This document shows, piece by piece, positions 13,401 to 27,639 of a stretch of DNA of 64,000 nucleotides. The stretch covers positions 246,822,001-246,886,000 of the forward strand of contig OZ024741.1 of the NCBI GenBank assembly GCA_964016885.1, written 5' to 3'. How positions within the stretch are numbered: the stretch's first letter is position 1; each line of letters opens with the position of its first letter. The stretch is from Eledone cirrhosa. Its lineage: Eukaryota. Under the pieces are notes generated by a model. It did no database searches. It saw only the letters and a list, made by a program, of their open reading frames with translations, and was not told the origin of the DNA. A program made the position numbers and the translations under genes.

Positions 13401-14845
13401 ATTATCTCCCCCTGATTTTTTTACAAATTATCTCCCCCTGATTTTTTTTACAAATTATCTCCGCCTGATTTTTTTAAATATTATCTCTCCTTGGCTGGCG
13501 GGAAATTATCTCCCCTTGGACGGCTGGAAATTATCTCCCCTTGGAAGGATGGAAATTATCTCCCCTTGGACGGCTGGAAATTATCTACCCCTGATTTTTT
13601 TTACAAATTATCTCCCCCTGATTTTTTTACAAATTATCTCCCCCTGATTTTTTTTACAAATTATCTCCGCCTGATTTTTTTAAATGTTATCTCTCCTTGG
13701 CTGGCGGGAAATTATCTCCCCTTGGAGGCTGGAACTTATCTCCCCTTGGACGGCTAGAAATTACCTCTCCTTGGACGGCTGGAAAATATGTCTCCTTGGA
13801 CGGCTGGATATTATCTCCCCTTGGACGGCTGGAAATTATCTCCCCTTGGACGGCTGGAAATTATCTCCCCTTGGATGGCTAGATATTACCTCCCCTTTGA
13901 CGGCTGGAAATTATCTCCCCTTGATTTTTTTTACAAATTATCTCCCCCTGATTTTTTTTTACAAATTATCTCCCCCTGATTTTTTTTTACAAATTATCTC
14001 CCCCTGATTTTTGTTTACAAATTATCTCCGCCTGATTTTTTTAAAAAAATTATCTCCCCTTGGACGGCTGGAAATTATCTCCCCTTGGACGGCTAGAAAT
14101 TACCTCTCCTTGGACGGCTGAAAATTATCTCCCCTTGGACGGCTGGAAATTATCTCCCCTTGATTTTTTTACAAATTATCTACCCCTGATTTTTTTTTTA
14201 CAAATTATCTCCCCCTGATTTTTTTTTACAAATTATCTACCCCTGATTTTTTTTACAAATTATCTCCCCCTGATTTTTTTTACAAATTATCTCCCCCTGA
14301 TTTTTTTTTACAAATTATCTCCCCCTGATTTTTTTACAAATTATCTCCCCCTGATTTTTTTTACAAATTATCTCCGCCTGATTTTTTTAAATATTATCTC
14401 TCCTTGGCTGGCGGGAAATTATCTCCCCTTGGACGGCTGGAAATTATCTCCCCTTGGAAGGATGGAAATTATCTCCCCTTGGACGGCTGGAAATTATCTA
14501 CCCCTGATTTTTTTTACAAATTATCTCCCCCTGATTTTTTTACAAATTATCTCCCCCTGATTTTTTTTAGAAATTATCTCCGCCTGATTTTTTTAAATGT
14601 TATCTCTCCTTGGCTGGCGGGAAATTATCTCCCCTTGGACGGCTGGAAATTATCTCCCCTTGGAAGGATGGAAATTATCTCCCCTTGGACGGCTGAAAAT
14701 TATCTACCCCTGATTTTTTTTACAAATTATCTCCCCCTGATTTTTTTTACAAATTATCTCCCCCTGATTTTTTTTACAAATTATCTACCCCTGATTTTTT
14801 CTACAAATTATCTCCCCCTGATTTTTTTTACAAATTATCTCCCCC
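4466..14845 (+). repeat. Tandem duplication with a 5,169 bp period (two copies)
   Basis: Constant ORF offset of 5169 (4608>9777, 5157>10326, 6730>11899, 7616>12785, 8515>13684, 9235>14404). Shared rare variants are GAGTGGCTAAA, AATTGTCTCC, ACCTGTCC and CCCTTTGACGG. Confidence 0.93.
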
Positions 14846-17074
14846 TGATTTTTTTTTTACAAATTATCTCCCCCTGATTTTTTTACAAATTATCTCCCCC
14901 TGATTTTTTTTACAAATTATCTCCCCCTGATTTTTTTACAAATTATCTCCCCTTGGCTGGCTGGAAATTATCTCCCCTTGGAGGCTGGAACTTATCTCCC
15001 CTTGGACGGCTAGAAATTACCTCTCCTTGGACGGCTGGAAAATATGTCTCCTTGGACGGCTGGATATTATCTCCCCTTGGACGGCTGGAAATTATCTCCC
15101 CTTGGACGGCTGGAAATTATCTCACCTTGGATGGCTAGATATTACCTCACCTTGGACGGCTGGAAATTATCTCCCCTTGATTTTTTTTACAAATTATCTC
15201 CCCCTGATTTTTTTTTACAAATTATCTCCCCCTGATTTTTTTTTACAAATTATCTCCCCCTGATTTTTGTTTACAAATTATCTCCGCCTGATTTTTTTAA
15301 AAAAATTATCTCCCCTTGGACGGCTGGAAATTATCTCCCCTTGGACGGCTAGAAATTACCTCCTTGGACGGCTGAAAATTATCTCCCCTTGGACGGCTGG
15401 AAATTATCTCCCCTTGATTTTTTTACAAATTATCTCCCCCTGATTTTTTTTTTACAAATTATCTCCCCCTGATTTTTTTTACAAATTATCTACCCCTGAT
15501 TTTTTTTTACAAATTATCTCCCCCTGATTTTTTTTACAAATTATCTCCCCTGATTTTTTTTTACAAATTATCTCCTCCTGATTTTTTTACAAATTATCTC
15601 CCCCTGATTTTTTTTACAAATTATCTCCGCCTGATTTTTTTAAATATTATCTCTCCTTGGCTGGCGGGAAATTATCTCCCCTTGGACGGCTGGAAATTAT
15701 CTCCCCTTGGAAGGATGGAAATTATCTCCCCTTGGACGGCTGGAAATTATCTACCCCTGATTTTTTTTACAAATTATCTCCCCCTGATTTTTTTACAAAT
15801 TATCTCCCCCTGATTTTTTTTACAAATTATCTCCGCCTGATTTTTTTAAATGTTATCTCTCCTTGGCTGGCGGGAAATTATCTCCCCTTGGACGGCTGGA
15901 AATTATCTCCCCTTGGAAGGATGGAAATTATCTCCCCTTGGACGGCTGGAAATTATGTACCCCTGATTTTTTTTACAAATTATCTCCCCCTGATTTTTTT
16001 TACAAATTATCTCCCCCTGATTTTTTTTTACAAATTATCTACCCCTGATTTTTTTACAAATTATCTCCCCTTGGCTGGCTGGAAATTATCTCCCCTTGGA
16101 CGGCTAGAAATTACCTCTCCTTGGACGGCTGAAAATTATCTCCCCTTGGACGGCTGGAAATTATCTCCCCTTGATTTTTTTACAAATTATCTCCCCCTGA
16201 TTTTTTTTTTACAAATTATCACCCCCTGATTTTTTTTTACAAATTATCTACCCCTGATTTTTTTTTACAAATTATCTCCCCTTGATTTTTTTTACAAATT
16301 ATCTCCCCCTGATTTTTTTTACAAATTATCTCCCCCTGATTTTTTTTTACAAATTATCTCCCCCTGATTTTTGTTTACAAATTATCTCCGCCTGATTTTT
16401 TTAAAAAAATTATCTCCCCTTGGACGGCTGGAAATTATCTCCCCTTGGACGGCTAGAAATTACCTCTCCTTGGACGGCTGAAAATTATCTCCCCTTGGAC
16501 GGCTGGAAATTATCTCCCCTTGATTTTTTTACAAATTATCTCCGCCTGATTTTTTTTTTACAAATTATCTCCCCCTGATTTTTTTTTACAAATTATCTCC
16601 CCCTGATTTTTTTTTACAAATTATCTCCCCCTGATTTTTTTTTACAAATTATCTCCCCCTAATTTTTTTTTACAAATTATCTCCCCCTAATTTTTTTACA
16701 AATTATCTCCCCTTGGCTGGCTGGAAATTATCTCCCCTTGGAGGCTGGAACTTATCTCCCCTTGGACGGCTAGAAATTACGTCTCCTTGGACGGCTGGAA
16801 AATATGTCTCCTTGGACGGCTGGATATTATCTCCCCTTGGACGGCTGGAAATTATCTCCCCTTGGACGGCTGGAAATTATCTCCCCTTGGATGGCTAGAT
16901 ATTACCTCCCCTTGGACGGCTGGAAATTATCTCCCCTTGATTTTTTTTACAAATTATCTCCCCCTGATTTTTTTTTACAAATTATCTCCCCCTGATTTTT
17001 TTTACAAATTATCTCCCCCTGATTTTTGTTTACAAATTATCTCCGCCTGATTTTTTTAAAAAAATTATCTCCCC

Positions 17075-20000
17075 TTGGACGGCTGGAAATTATCTCCCCT
17101 TGGACGGCTAGAAATTACCTCTCCTTGGACGGCTGAAAATTATCTCCCCTTGGACGGCTGGAAATTATCTCCCCTTGATTTTTTTACAAATTATCTCCCC
17201 CTGATTTTTTTTTACAAATTATCTCCCCCTGATTTTTTTTTACAAATTATCTACCCCTGATTTTTTTTTACAAATTATCTCCCCCTGATTTTTTTTACAA
17301 ATTATCTCCCCCTGATTTTTTTTTACAAATTATCTCCCCCTGATTTTTTTACAAATTATCTCCCTCTGATTTTTTTTACAAATTATCTCCGCCTGATTTT
17401 TTTAAATATTATCTCTCCTTGGCTGGCGGGAAATTATCTCCCCTTGGACGGCTGGAAATTATCTCCCCTTGGAAGGATGGAAATTATCTCCCCTTGGACG
17501 GCTGGAAATTATCTACCCCTGATTTTTTTTACAAATTATCTCCCCCTGATTTTTTTACAAATTATCTCCCCCTGATTTTTTTTACAAATTATCTCCGCCT
17601 GATTTTTTTAAATGTTATCTCTCCTTGGCTGGCGGGAAATTATCTCCCCTTGGACGGCTGGAAATTATCTCCCCTTGGAAGGATGGAAATTATCTCCCCT
17701 TGGACGGCTGAAAATTATCTACCCCTGATTTTTTTTACAAATTATCTCCCCCTGATTTTTTTACAAATTATCTCCCCCTGATTTTTTTTACAAATTATCT
17801 ACCCCTGATTTTTTTTACAAATTATCTCCCCCTGATTTTTTTTACAAATTATCTCCCCCTGATTTTTTTTTTACAAATTATCTCCCCCTGATTTTTTTAC
17901 AAATTATCTCCCCCTGATTTTTTTTTTACAAATTATCTCCCCCTGATTTTTTTACAAATTATCTCCCCTTGGCTGGCTGGAAATTATCTCCCCTTGGAGG
18001 CTGGAACTTATCTCCCCTTGGACGGCTAGAAATTACCTCTCCTTGGACGGCTGGAAAATATGTCTCCTTGGACGGCTGGATATTATCTCCCCTTGGACGG
18101 CTGGAAATTATCTCCCCTTGGACGGCTGGAAATTATCTCCCCTTGGATGGCTAGATATTACCTCCCCTTGGACGGCTGGAAATTATCTCCCCTTGATTTT
18201 TTTACAAATTATCTCCCCCTGATTTTTTTTTACAAATTATCTCCCCCTGATTTTTTTTTACAAATTATCTACCCATGATTTTTTTTTACAAATTATCTCC
18301 CCCTGATTTTTTTTACAAATTATCTCCCCCTGATTTTTTTACAAATTATCTCCCTCTGATTTTTTTTACAAATTATCTCCGCCTGATTTTTTTAAATATT
18401 ATCTCTCCTTGGCTGGCGGGAAATTATCTCCCCTTGGACGGCTGGAAATTATCTCCCCTTGGAAGGATGGAAATTATCTCCCCTTGGACGGCTGGAAATT
18501 ATCTACCCCTGATTTTTTTTACAAATTATCTCCCCCTGATTTTTTTACAAATTATCTCCCCCTGATTTTTTTTACAAATTATCTCCGCCTGATTTTTTTA
18601 AATGTTATCTCTCCTTGGCTGGCGGGAAATTATCTCCCCTTGGACGGCTGGAAATTATCTCCCCTTGGAAGGATGGAAATTATCTCCCCTTGGACGGCTG
18701 AAAATTATCTACCCCTGATTTTTTTTACAAATTATCTCCCCCTGATTTTTTTTACAAATTATCTCCCCCTGATTTTTTTTACAAATTATCTACCCCTGAT
18801 TTTTTTTACAAATTATCTCCCCCTGATTTTTTTTACAAATTATCTCCCCCTGATTTTTTTTTTACAAATTATCTCCCCCTGATTTTTTTACAAATTATCT
18901 CCCCCTGATTTTTTTTTTACAAATTATCTCCCCCTGATTTTTTTACAAATTATCTCCCCTTGGCTGGCTGGAAATTATCTCCCCTTGGAGGCTGGAACTT
19001 ATCTCCCCTTGGACGGCTAGAAATTACCTCTCCTTGGACGGCTGGAAAATATGTCTCCTTGGACGGCTGGATATTATCTCCCCTTGGACGGCTGGAAATT
19101 ATCTCCCCTTGGACGGCTGGAAATTATCTCCCCTTGGATGGCTAGATATTACCTCCCCTTGGACGGCTGGAAATTATCTCCCCTTGATTTTTTTTACAAA
19201 TTATCTCCCCCTGATTTTTTTTTACAAATTATCTCCCCCTGATTTTTTTTTACAAATTATCTCCCCCTGATTTTTGTTTACAAATTATCTCCGCCTGATT
19301 TTTTAAAAAAAATTATCTCCCCTTGGACGGCTGGAAATTATCTCCCCTTGGACGGCTAGAAATTACCTCTCCTTGGACGGCTGAAAATTATCTCCCCTTG
19401 GACGGCTGGAAATTATCTCCCCTTGATTTTTTTACAAATTATCTCCCCCTGATTTTTTTTTACAAATTATCTACCCCTGATTTTTTTTTACAAATTATCT
19501 CCCCCTGATTTTTTTTACAAATTATCTCCCCCTGATTTTTTTTTACAAATTATCTCCCCCTGATTTTTTTACAAATTATCTCCCTCTGATTTTTTTTACA
19601 AATTATCTCCGCCTGATTTTTTTAAATATTATCTCTCCTTGGCTGGCGGGAAATTATCTCCCCTTGGACGGCTGGAAATTATCTCCCCTTGGAAGGATGG
19701 AAATTATCTCCCCTTGGACGGCTGGAAATTATCTACCCCTGATTTTTTTTACAAATTATCTCCCCCTGATTTTTTTACAAATTATCTCCCCCTGATTTTT
19801 TTTACAAATTATCTCCGCCTGATTTTTTTAAATGTTATCTCTCCTTGGCTGGCGGGAAATTATCTCCCCTTGGACGGCTGGAAATTATCTCCCCTTGGAA
19901 GGATGGAAATTATCTCCCCTTGGACGGCTGAAAATTATCTACCCCTGATTTTTTTTACAAATTATCTCCCCCTGATTTTTTTACAAATTATCTCCCACTG

Positions 20001-21700
20001 ATTTTTTTTACAAATTATCTACCCCTGATTTTTTTTACAAATTATCTCCCCCTGATTTTTTTTACAAATTATCTCCCCCTGATTTTTTTTTTACAAATTA
20101 TCTCCCCCTGATTTTTTTACAAATTATCTCCCCCTGATTTTTTTTTTACAAATTATCTCCCCCTGATTTTTTTACAAATTATCTCCCCTTGGCTGGCTGG
20201 AAATTATCTCCCCTTGGAGGCTGGAACTTATCTCCCCTTGGACGGCTAGAAATTACCTCTCCTTGGACGGCTGGAAAATATGTCTCCTTGGACGGCTGGA
20301 TATTATCTCCCCTTGGACGGCTGGAAATTATCTCCCCTTGGACGGCTGGAAATTATCTCCCCTTGGATGGCTAGATATTACCTCCCCTTGGACGGCTGGA
20401 AATTATCTCCCCTTGATTTTTTTACAAATTATCTCCCCCTGATTTTTTTTTACAAATTATCTCCCCCTGATTTTTTTTTACAAATTATCTACCCATGATT
20501 TTTTTTTACAAATTATCTCCCCCTGATTTTTTTTACAAATTATCTCCCCCTGATTTTTTTTTACAAATTATCTCCCCCTGATTTTTTTACAAATTATCTC
20601 CCTCTGATTTTTTTTACAAATTATCTCCACCTGATTTTTTTAAATATTATCTCTCCTTGGCTGGCGGGAAATTATCTCCCCTTGGACGGCTGGAAATTAT
20701 CTCCCCTTGGAAGGATGGAAATTATCTCCCCTTGGACGGCTGGAAATTATCTACCCCTGATTTTTTTTACAAATTATCTCCCCCTGATTTTTTTACAAAT
20801 TATCTCCCCCTGATTTTTTTTACAAATTATCTCCGCCTGATTTTTTTAAATGTTATCTCTCCTTGGCTGGCGGGAAATTATCTCCCCTTGGACGGCTGGA
20901 AATTATCTCCCCTTGGAAGGATGGAAATTATCTCCCCTTGGACGGCTGAAAATTATCTACCCCTGATTTTTTTTACAAATTATCTCCCCCTGATTTTTTT
21001 TACAAATTATCTCCCCCTGATTTTTTTTACAAATTATCTACCCCTGATTTTTTTTACAAATTATCTCCCCCTGATTTTTTTTACAAATTATCTCCCCCTG
21101 ATTTTTTTTTTACAAATTATCTCCCCCTGATTTTTTTACAAATTATCTCCCCCTGATTTTTTTTTTACAAATTATCTCCCCCTGATTTTTTTACAAATTA
21201 TCTCCCCTTGGCTGGCTGGAAATTATCTCCCCTTGGAGGCTGGAACTTATCTCCCCTTGGACGGCTAGAAATTACCTCTCCTTGGACGGCTGGAAAATAT
21301 GTCTCCTTGGACGGCTGGATATTATCTCCCCTTGGACGGCTGGAAATTATCTCCCCTTGGACGGCTGGAAATTATCTCCCCTTGGATGGCTAGATATTAC
21401 CTCCCCTTGGACGGCTGGAAATTATCTCCCCTTGATTTTTTTTACAAATTATCTCCCCCTGATTTTTTTTTACAAATTATCTCCCCCTGATTTTTTTTTA
21501 CAAATTATCTCCCCCTGATTTTTGTTTACAAATTATCTCCGCCTGATTTTTTAAAAAAAATTATCTCCCCTTGGACGGCTGGAAATTATCTCCCCTTGGA
21601 CGGCTAGAAATTACCTCTCCTTGGACGGCTGAAAATTATCTCCCCTTGGACGGCTGGAAATTATCTCCCCTTGATTTTTTTACAAATTATCTCCCCCTGA
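17075..21700 (+). repeat. Tandem duplication of about 2.22-2.25 kb (one full HOR plus one shortened HOR)
   Basis: Offsets of 2220 (17419>19639, 17969>20189) and 2248 (17075>19323, 18409>20657, 18960>21208). Marker ACCCATGA at 18271 and 20491. Confidence 0.82.
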
Positions 21701-22120
21701 TTTTTTTTTTACAAATTATCTCCCCCTGATTTTTTTTTACAAATTATCTACCCCTGATTTTTTTTACAAATTATCTCCCCCTGATTTTTTTTACAAATTA
21801 TCTCCCCCTGATTTTTTTTTACAAATTATCTCCCCCTGATTTTTTTACAAATTATCTCCCCCTGATTTTTTTTACAAATTATCTCCGCCTGATTTTTTTA
21901 AATGTTATCTCTCCTTGGCTGGCGGGAAATTATCTCCCCTTGGACGGCTGGAAATTATCTCCCCTTGGAAGGATGGAAATTATCTCCCCTTGGACGGCTG
22001 AAAATTATCTACCCCTGATTTTTTTTACAAATTATCTCCCCCTGATTTTTTTTACAAATTATCTCCCCCTGATTTTTTTTACAAATTATCTACCCCTGAT
22101 TTTTTCTACAAATTATCTCC

Positions 22121-24900
22121 CCCTGATTTTTTTTACAAATTATCTCCCCCTGATTTTTTTTTTACAAATTATCTCCCCCTGATTTTTTTTTACAAATTAT
22201 CTACCCCTGATTTTTTTTTACAAATTATCTACCCCTGATTTTTTTTTACAAATTATCTCCCCCTGATTTTTTTTACAAATTATCTCCCCCTGATTTTTTT
22301 TACAAATTATCTACATCTGATTTTTTTACAAATTATCTCCCCTTGGCTGGCTGGAAATTATCTCCCCTTGGACGGCTAGAAATTACCTCTCCTTGGACGG
22401 CTGAAAATTATCTCCCCTTGGACGGCTGGAAATTATCTCCCCTTGATTTTTTTACAAATTATCTCCCCCTGATTTTTTTTTTACAAATTATCTCCCCCTG
22501 ATTTTTTTTTACAAATTATCTACCCCTGATTTTTTTTTACAAATTATCTCCCCTTGATTTTTTTTACAAATTTTCTCCCCCTGATTTTTTTTTACAAATT
22601 ATCTCCCCCTGATTTTTTTTTACAAATTATCTCCCCCTGATTTTTGTTTACAAATTATCTACCCCTGATTTTTTTTTACAAATTATCTCCCCCTGATTTT
22701 TTTAAATGTTATCTCTCCTTGGCTGGCGGGAAATTATCTCCCCTTGGACGGCTGGAAATTATCTCCCCTTGGAAGGATGGAAATTATCTCCCCTTGGACG
22801 GCTGAAAATTATCTACCCCTGATTTTTTTTACAAATTATCTCCCCCTGATTTTTTTACAAATTATCTCCGCCTGATTTTTTTAAATGTTATCTCTCCTTG
22901 GCTGGCGGGAAATTATCTCCCCTTGGACGGCTGGAAATTATCTCCCCTTGGAAGGATGGAAATTATCTCCGCTTGGACGGCTGGAAATTATCTCCCCTTG
23001 CACGGCTGGAAATTATAGCCCCTTGGAGGGCTGGAAATTATCTCCCCTTGATATTTTTTACAAATTATCTCCCCCTGATTTTTTTTTCAAATTATCTCCC
23101 CCTGATTTTTTTTACAAATTATCTCCCCCCTGATTTTTTTACAAATTATCTCCCCTTGGCTGGCTGGAAATTATCTCCCCTTGGAGGCTGGAACTTATCT
23201 CCCCTTGGACGGCTAGAAATTACCTCTCCTTGGACGGCTGGAAAATATGTCTCCTTGGACGGCTGGATATTATCTCCCCTTGGACGGCTGGAAATTATCT
23301 CCCCTTGGACGGCTGGAAATTATCTCCCCTTGGATGGCTAGATATTACCTCCCCTTGGACGGCTGGAAATTATCTCCCCTTGATTTTTTTTACAAATTAT
23401 CTCCCCCTGATTTTTTTTTAAAAATTATCTCCCCCTGAATTTTGTTTACAAATTATCTCCGCCTGATTTTTTTTAAAAAATTATCTCCCCTTGGACGGCT
23501 GGAAATTATCTCCCCTTGGACGGCTGGAAATTATATCTCCTTGGACGGCTAGAATTTACCTCTCCTTGGACGGCTGAAAATTATCTCCCCTTGGACGGCT
23601 GGAAATTATCTCCCCTTGATTTTTTTTACAAATTATCTCCCCCTGATTTTTTTTTACAAATTATCTCCCCCTGATTTTTTTTTACAAATTATCTCCCCCT
23701 GATTTTTTTTTACAAATTATCTCCGCCTGATTTTTTTTACAAATTATCTCCGCCTGATTTTTTTAAATATTATCTCTCCTTGGCTGGCGGGAAATTATCT
23801 CCCCTTGGACGGCTGGAAATTATCTCCCCTTGGAAGGATGGAAATTATCTCCCCTTGGACGGCTGGAAATTATCTACCCCTGATTTTTTTTACAAATTAT
23901 CTCCCCCTGATTTTTTTACAAATTATCTCCCCCTGATTTTTTTTACAAATTATCTCCGCCTGATTTTTTTAAATGTTATCTCTCCTTGGCTGGCGGGAAA
24001 TTATCTCCCCTTGGACGGCTGGAAATTATCTCCCCTTGGAAGGATGGAAATTATCTCCCCTTGGACGGCTGAAAATTATCTACCCCTGATTTTTTTTACA
24101 AATTATCTCCCCCTGATTTTTTTTACAAATTATCTCCCCCTGATTTTTTTTACAAATTATCTACCCCTGATTTTTTCTACAAATTATCTCCCCCTGATTT
24201 TTTTTACAAATTATCTCCCCCTGATTTTTTTTTTACAAATTATCTCCCCCTGATTTTTTTACAAATTATCTCCCCCTGATTTTTTTTTACAAATTATCTC
24301 CCCCTGATTTTTTTACAAATTATCTCCCCTTGGCTGGCTGGAAATTTTCTCCCCTTGGAGGCTGGAACTTATCTCCCCTTGGACGGCTAGAAATTACCTC
24401 CTTGGACGGCTGAAAATTATCTCCCCTTGGACGGCTGGAAATTATCTCCCCTTGATTTTTTTACAAATTATCTCCCCCTGATTTTTTTTTTACAAATTAT
24501 CTCCCCCTGATTTTTTTTTACAAATTATCTACCCCTGATTTTTTTTTACAAATTATCTCCCCCTGATTTTTTTTACAAATTATCTCCCCTGATTTTTTTT
24601 TACAAATTATCTCCCCCTGATTTTTTTACAAATTATCTCCCCCTGATTTTTTTTACAAATTATCTCCGCCTGATTTTTTTAAATATTATCTCTCCTTGGC
24701 TGGCGGGAAATTATCTCCCCTTGGACGGCTGGAAATTATCTCCCCTTGGAAGGATGGAAATTATCTCCCCTTGGACGGCTGGAAATTATCTACCCCTGAT
24801 TTTTTTTACAAATTATCTCCCCCTGATTTTTTTTACAAATTATCTCCCCCTGATTTTTTTTTACAAATTATCTACATCTGATTTTTTTACAAATTATCTC
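22121..24900 (+). repeat. Deletion-bearing copy of the window start (about 1-3430)
   Basis: Offset steps from 22120 (765>22885; TTTTCTCCCC at 451 and 22571) to 21805 (1093>22898, 1975>23780; shared CTCCGCTTGG) to 21466 (3230>24696). Confidence 0.82.
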
Positions 24901-27639
24901 CCCTTGGCTGGCTGGAAATTATCTTCCCTTGGACGGCTAGAAATTACCTCTCCTTGGACGGCTGAAAATTATCTCCCCTTGGACGGCTGGAAATTATCTC
25001 CCCTTGATTTTTTTACAAATTATCTCCCCCTGATTCTTTTTTTACAAATTATTTCCCCCTGATTTTTTTTTACAAATTATCTACCCCTGATTTTTTTTTA
25101 CAAATTATCTCCCCTTGATTTTTTTTACAAATTATCTCCCCCTGATTTTTTTTTACAAATTATCTCCCCCTGATTTTTTTTTACAAATTATCTCCCCCTG
25201 ATTTTTGTTTACAAATTATCTCCGCCTGATTTTTTTAAAAAAATTATCTCCCCTTGGACGGCTGGAAATTATCTCCCCTTGGACGGCTAGAAATTACCTC
25301 TCCTTGGACGGCTGAAAATTATCTCCCCTTGGACGGCTGGAAATTATCTCCCCTTGATTTTTTTACAAATTATCTCCCCATGATTTTTTTTTTACAAATT
25401 ATCTCCCCCTGATTTTTTTTTACAAATTATCTACCCCTGATTTTTTTTTACAAATTATCTCCCCCTGATTTTTTTTTACGAATTATCTCCCCCTGATTTT
25501 TTTTTACAAATTATCTCCCCCTGATTTTTTTAAATGTTATCTCTCCTTGGCTGGCGGGAAATTATCTCCCCTTGGACGGCTGGAAATTATCTCCCCTTGG
25601 AAGGATGGAAATTATCTCCCCTTGGACGGCTGAAAATTATCTACCCCTGATTTTTTTTACAAATTATCTCCCCCTGATTTTTTTACAAATTATCTCCGCC
25701 TGATTTTTTTAAATGTTATCTCTCCTTGGCTGGCGGGAAATTATCTCCCCTTGGACGGCTGGAAATTATCTCCCCTTGGAAGGATGGAAATTATCTCCCC
25801 TTGGACGGCTGAAAATTATCTACCCCTGATTTTTTTTACAAATTATCTCCCCCTGATTTTTTTTACAAATTATCTCCCCCTGATTTTTTTTACAAATTAT
25901 CTACCCCTGATTTTTTTTACAAATTATCTCCCCCTGATTTTTTTTACAAATTATCTCCCCCTGATTTTTTTTTACAAATTATCTCCCCCTGATTTTTTTT
26001 TACAAATTATCTCCCCTGATTTTTTTACAAATTATCTCCCCCTGATTTTTTTTACAATCTCCGCCTGATTTTTTAAAAAATTATCTTCCCTTGGCTGGCG
26101 GGAAATTATCTCCCCTTGGACTGCTGGAAATTATCTCCCCTTGGAAGGATGGAAATTATCTCCCCTTGGACGGCTGGAAATTATCTCCCCTTGCACGGCT
26201 GGAAATTATAGTCCCTTGGAGGGCTGGAAATTATCTCCCCTTGATATTTTTTACAAATTATCTCCCCCTGATTTTTTTTTCAAATTATCTCCCCCTGATT
26301 TTTTTTTCAAATTATCTCCCCCTGATTTTTTTTTACAAATTATCTCCCCCTGATTTTTTTACAAATTATCTCCCCTTGGCTGGCTGGAAATTATCTCCCC
26401 TTGGAGGCTGGAACTTATCTCCCCTTGGACGGCTAGAAATTACCTCTCCTTGGACGGCTGGAAAATATGTCTCCTTGGACGGCTGGATATTATCTCCCCT
26501 TGGACGGCTGGAAATTATCTCCCCTTGGACGGCTGGAAATTATCTCCCCTTGGATGGCTAGATATTACCTCCCCTTGGACGGCTGGAAATTATCTCCCCT
26601 TGATTTTTTTTACAAATTATCTCCCCCTGATTTTTTTTTACAAATTATCTCCCCCTGATTTTTTTTTTTAAATTATCTCCCCCTGATTTTTGTTTACAAA
26701 TTATCTCCGCCTGATTTTTTTTAAAAAATTATCTCCCCTTGGACGGCTGGAAATTATCTCCCCTTGGACGGCTGGAAATTATATCTCCTTGGACGGCTAG
26801 AATTTACCTCTCCTTGGACGGCTGAAAATTATCTCCCCTTGGACGGCTGGAAATTATCTCCCCTTGATTTTTTTTACAAATTATCTCCCCCTGATTTTTT
26901 TTTACAAATTATCTCCCCCTGATTTTTTTTTACAAATTATCTCCCCCTGATTTTTTTTTACAAATTATCTCCCCCTAATTTTTTTTTACAAATTATCTCC
27001 CCCTAATTTTTTTACAAATTATCTCCCCTTGGCTGGCTGGAAATTATCTCCCCTTGGAGGCTGGAACTTATCTCCCCTTGGACGGCTAGAAATTACGTCT
27101 CCTTGGACGGCTGGAAAATATGTCTCCTTGGACGGCTGGATATTATCTCCCCTTGGACGGCAGGAAATTATCTCCCCTTGGACGGCTGGAAATTATCTCC
27201 CCTTGGATGGCTAGATATTACCTCCCCTTGGACGGCTGGAAATTATCTCCCCTTGATTTTTTTTACAAATTATCTCCCCCTGATTTTTTTTTACAAATTA
27301 TCTCCCCCTGATTTTTTTTTACAAATTATCTCCCCCTGATTTTTGTTTACAAATTATCTCCGCCTGATTTTTTAAAAAAAATTATCTCCCCTTGGACGGC
27401 TGGAAATTATCTCCCCTTGGACGGCTAGAAATTACCTCTCCTTGGACGGCTGAAAATTATCTCCCCTTGGACGGCTGGAAATTATCTCCCCTTGATTTTT
27501 TTACAAATTATCTCCCCCTGATTTTTCTTTTACAAATTATCTCACCCTGATTTTTTTTTACAAATTATCTACCCCTGATTTTTTTTTACAAATTATCTCC
27601 CCCTGATTTTTTTTTACAAATTATCTCCCCCTGATTTTT

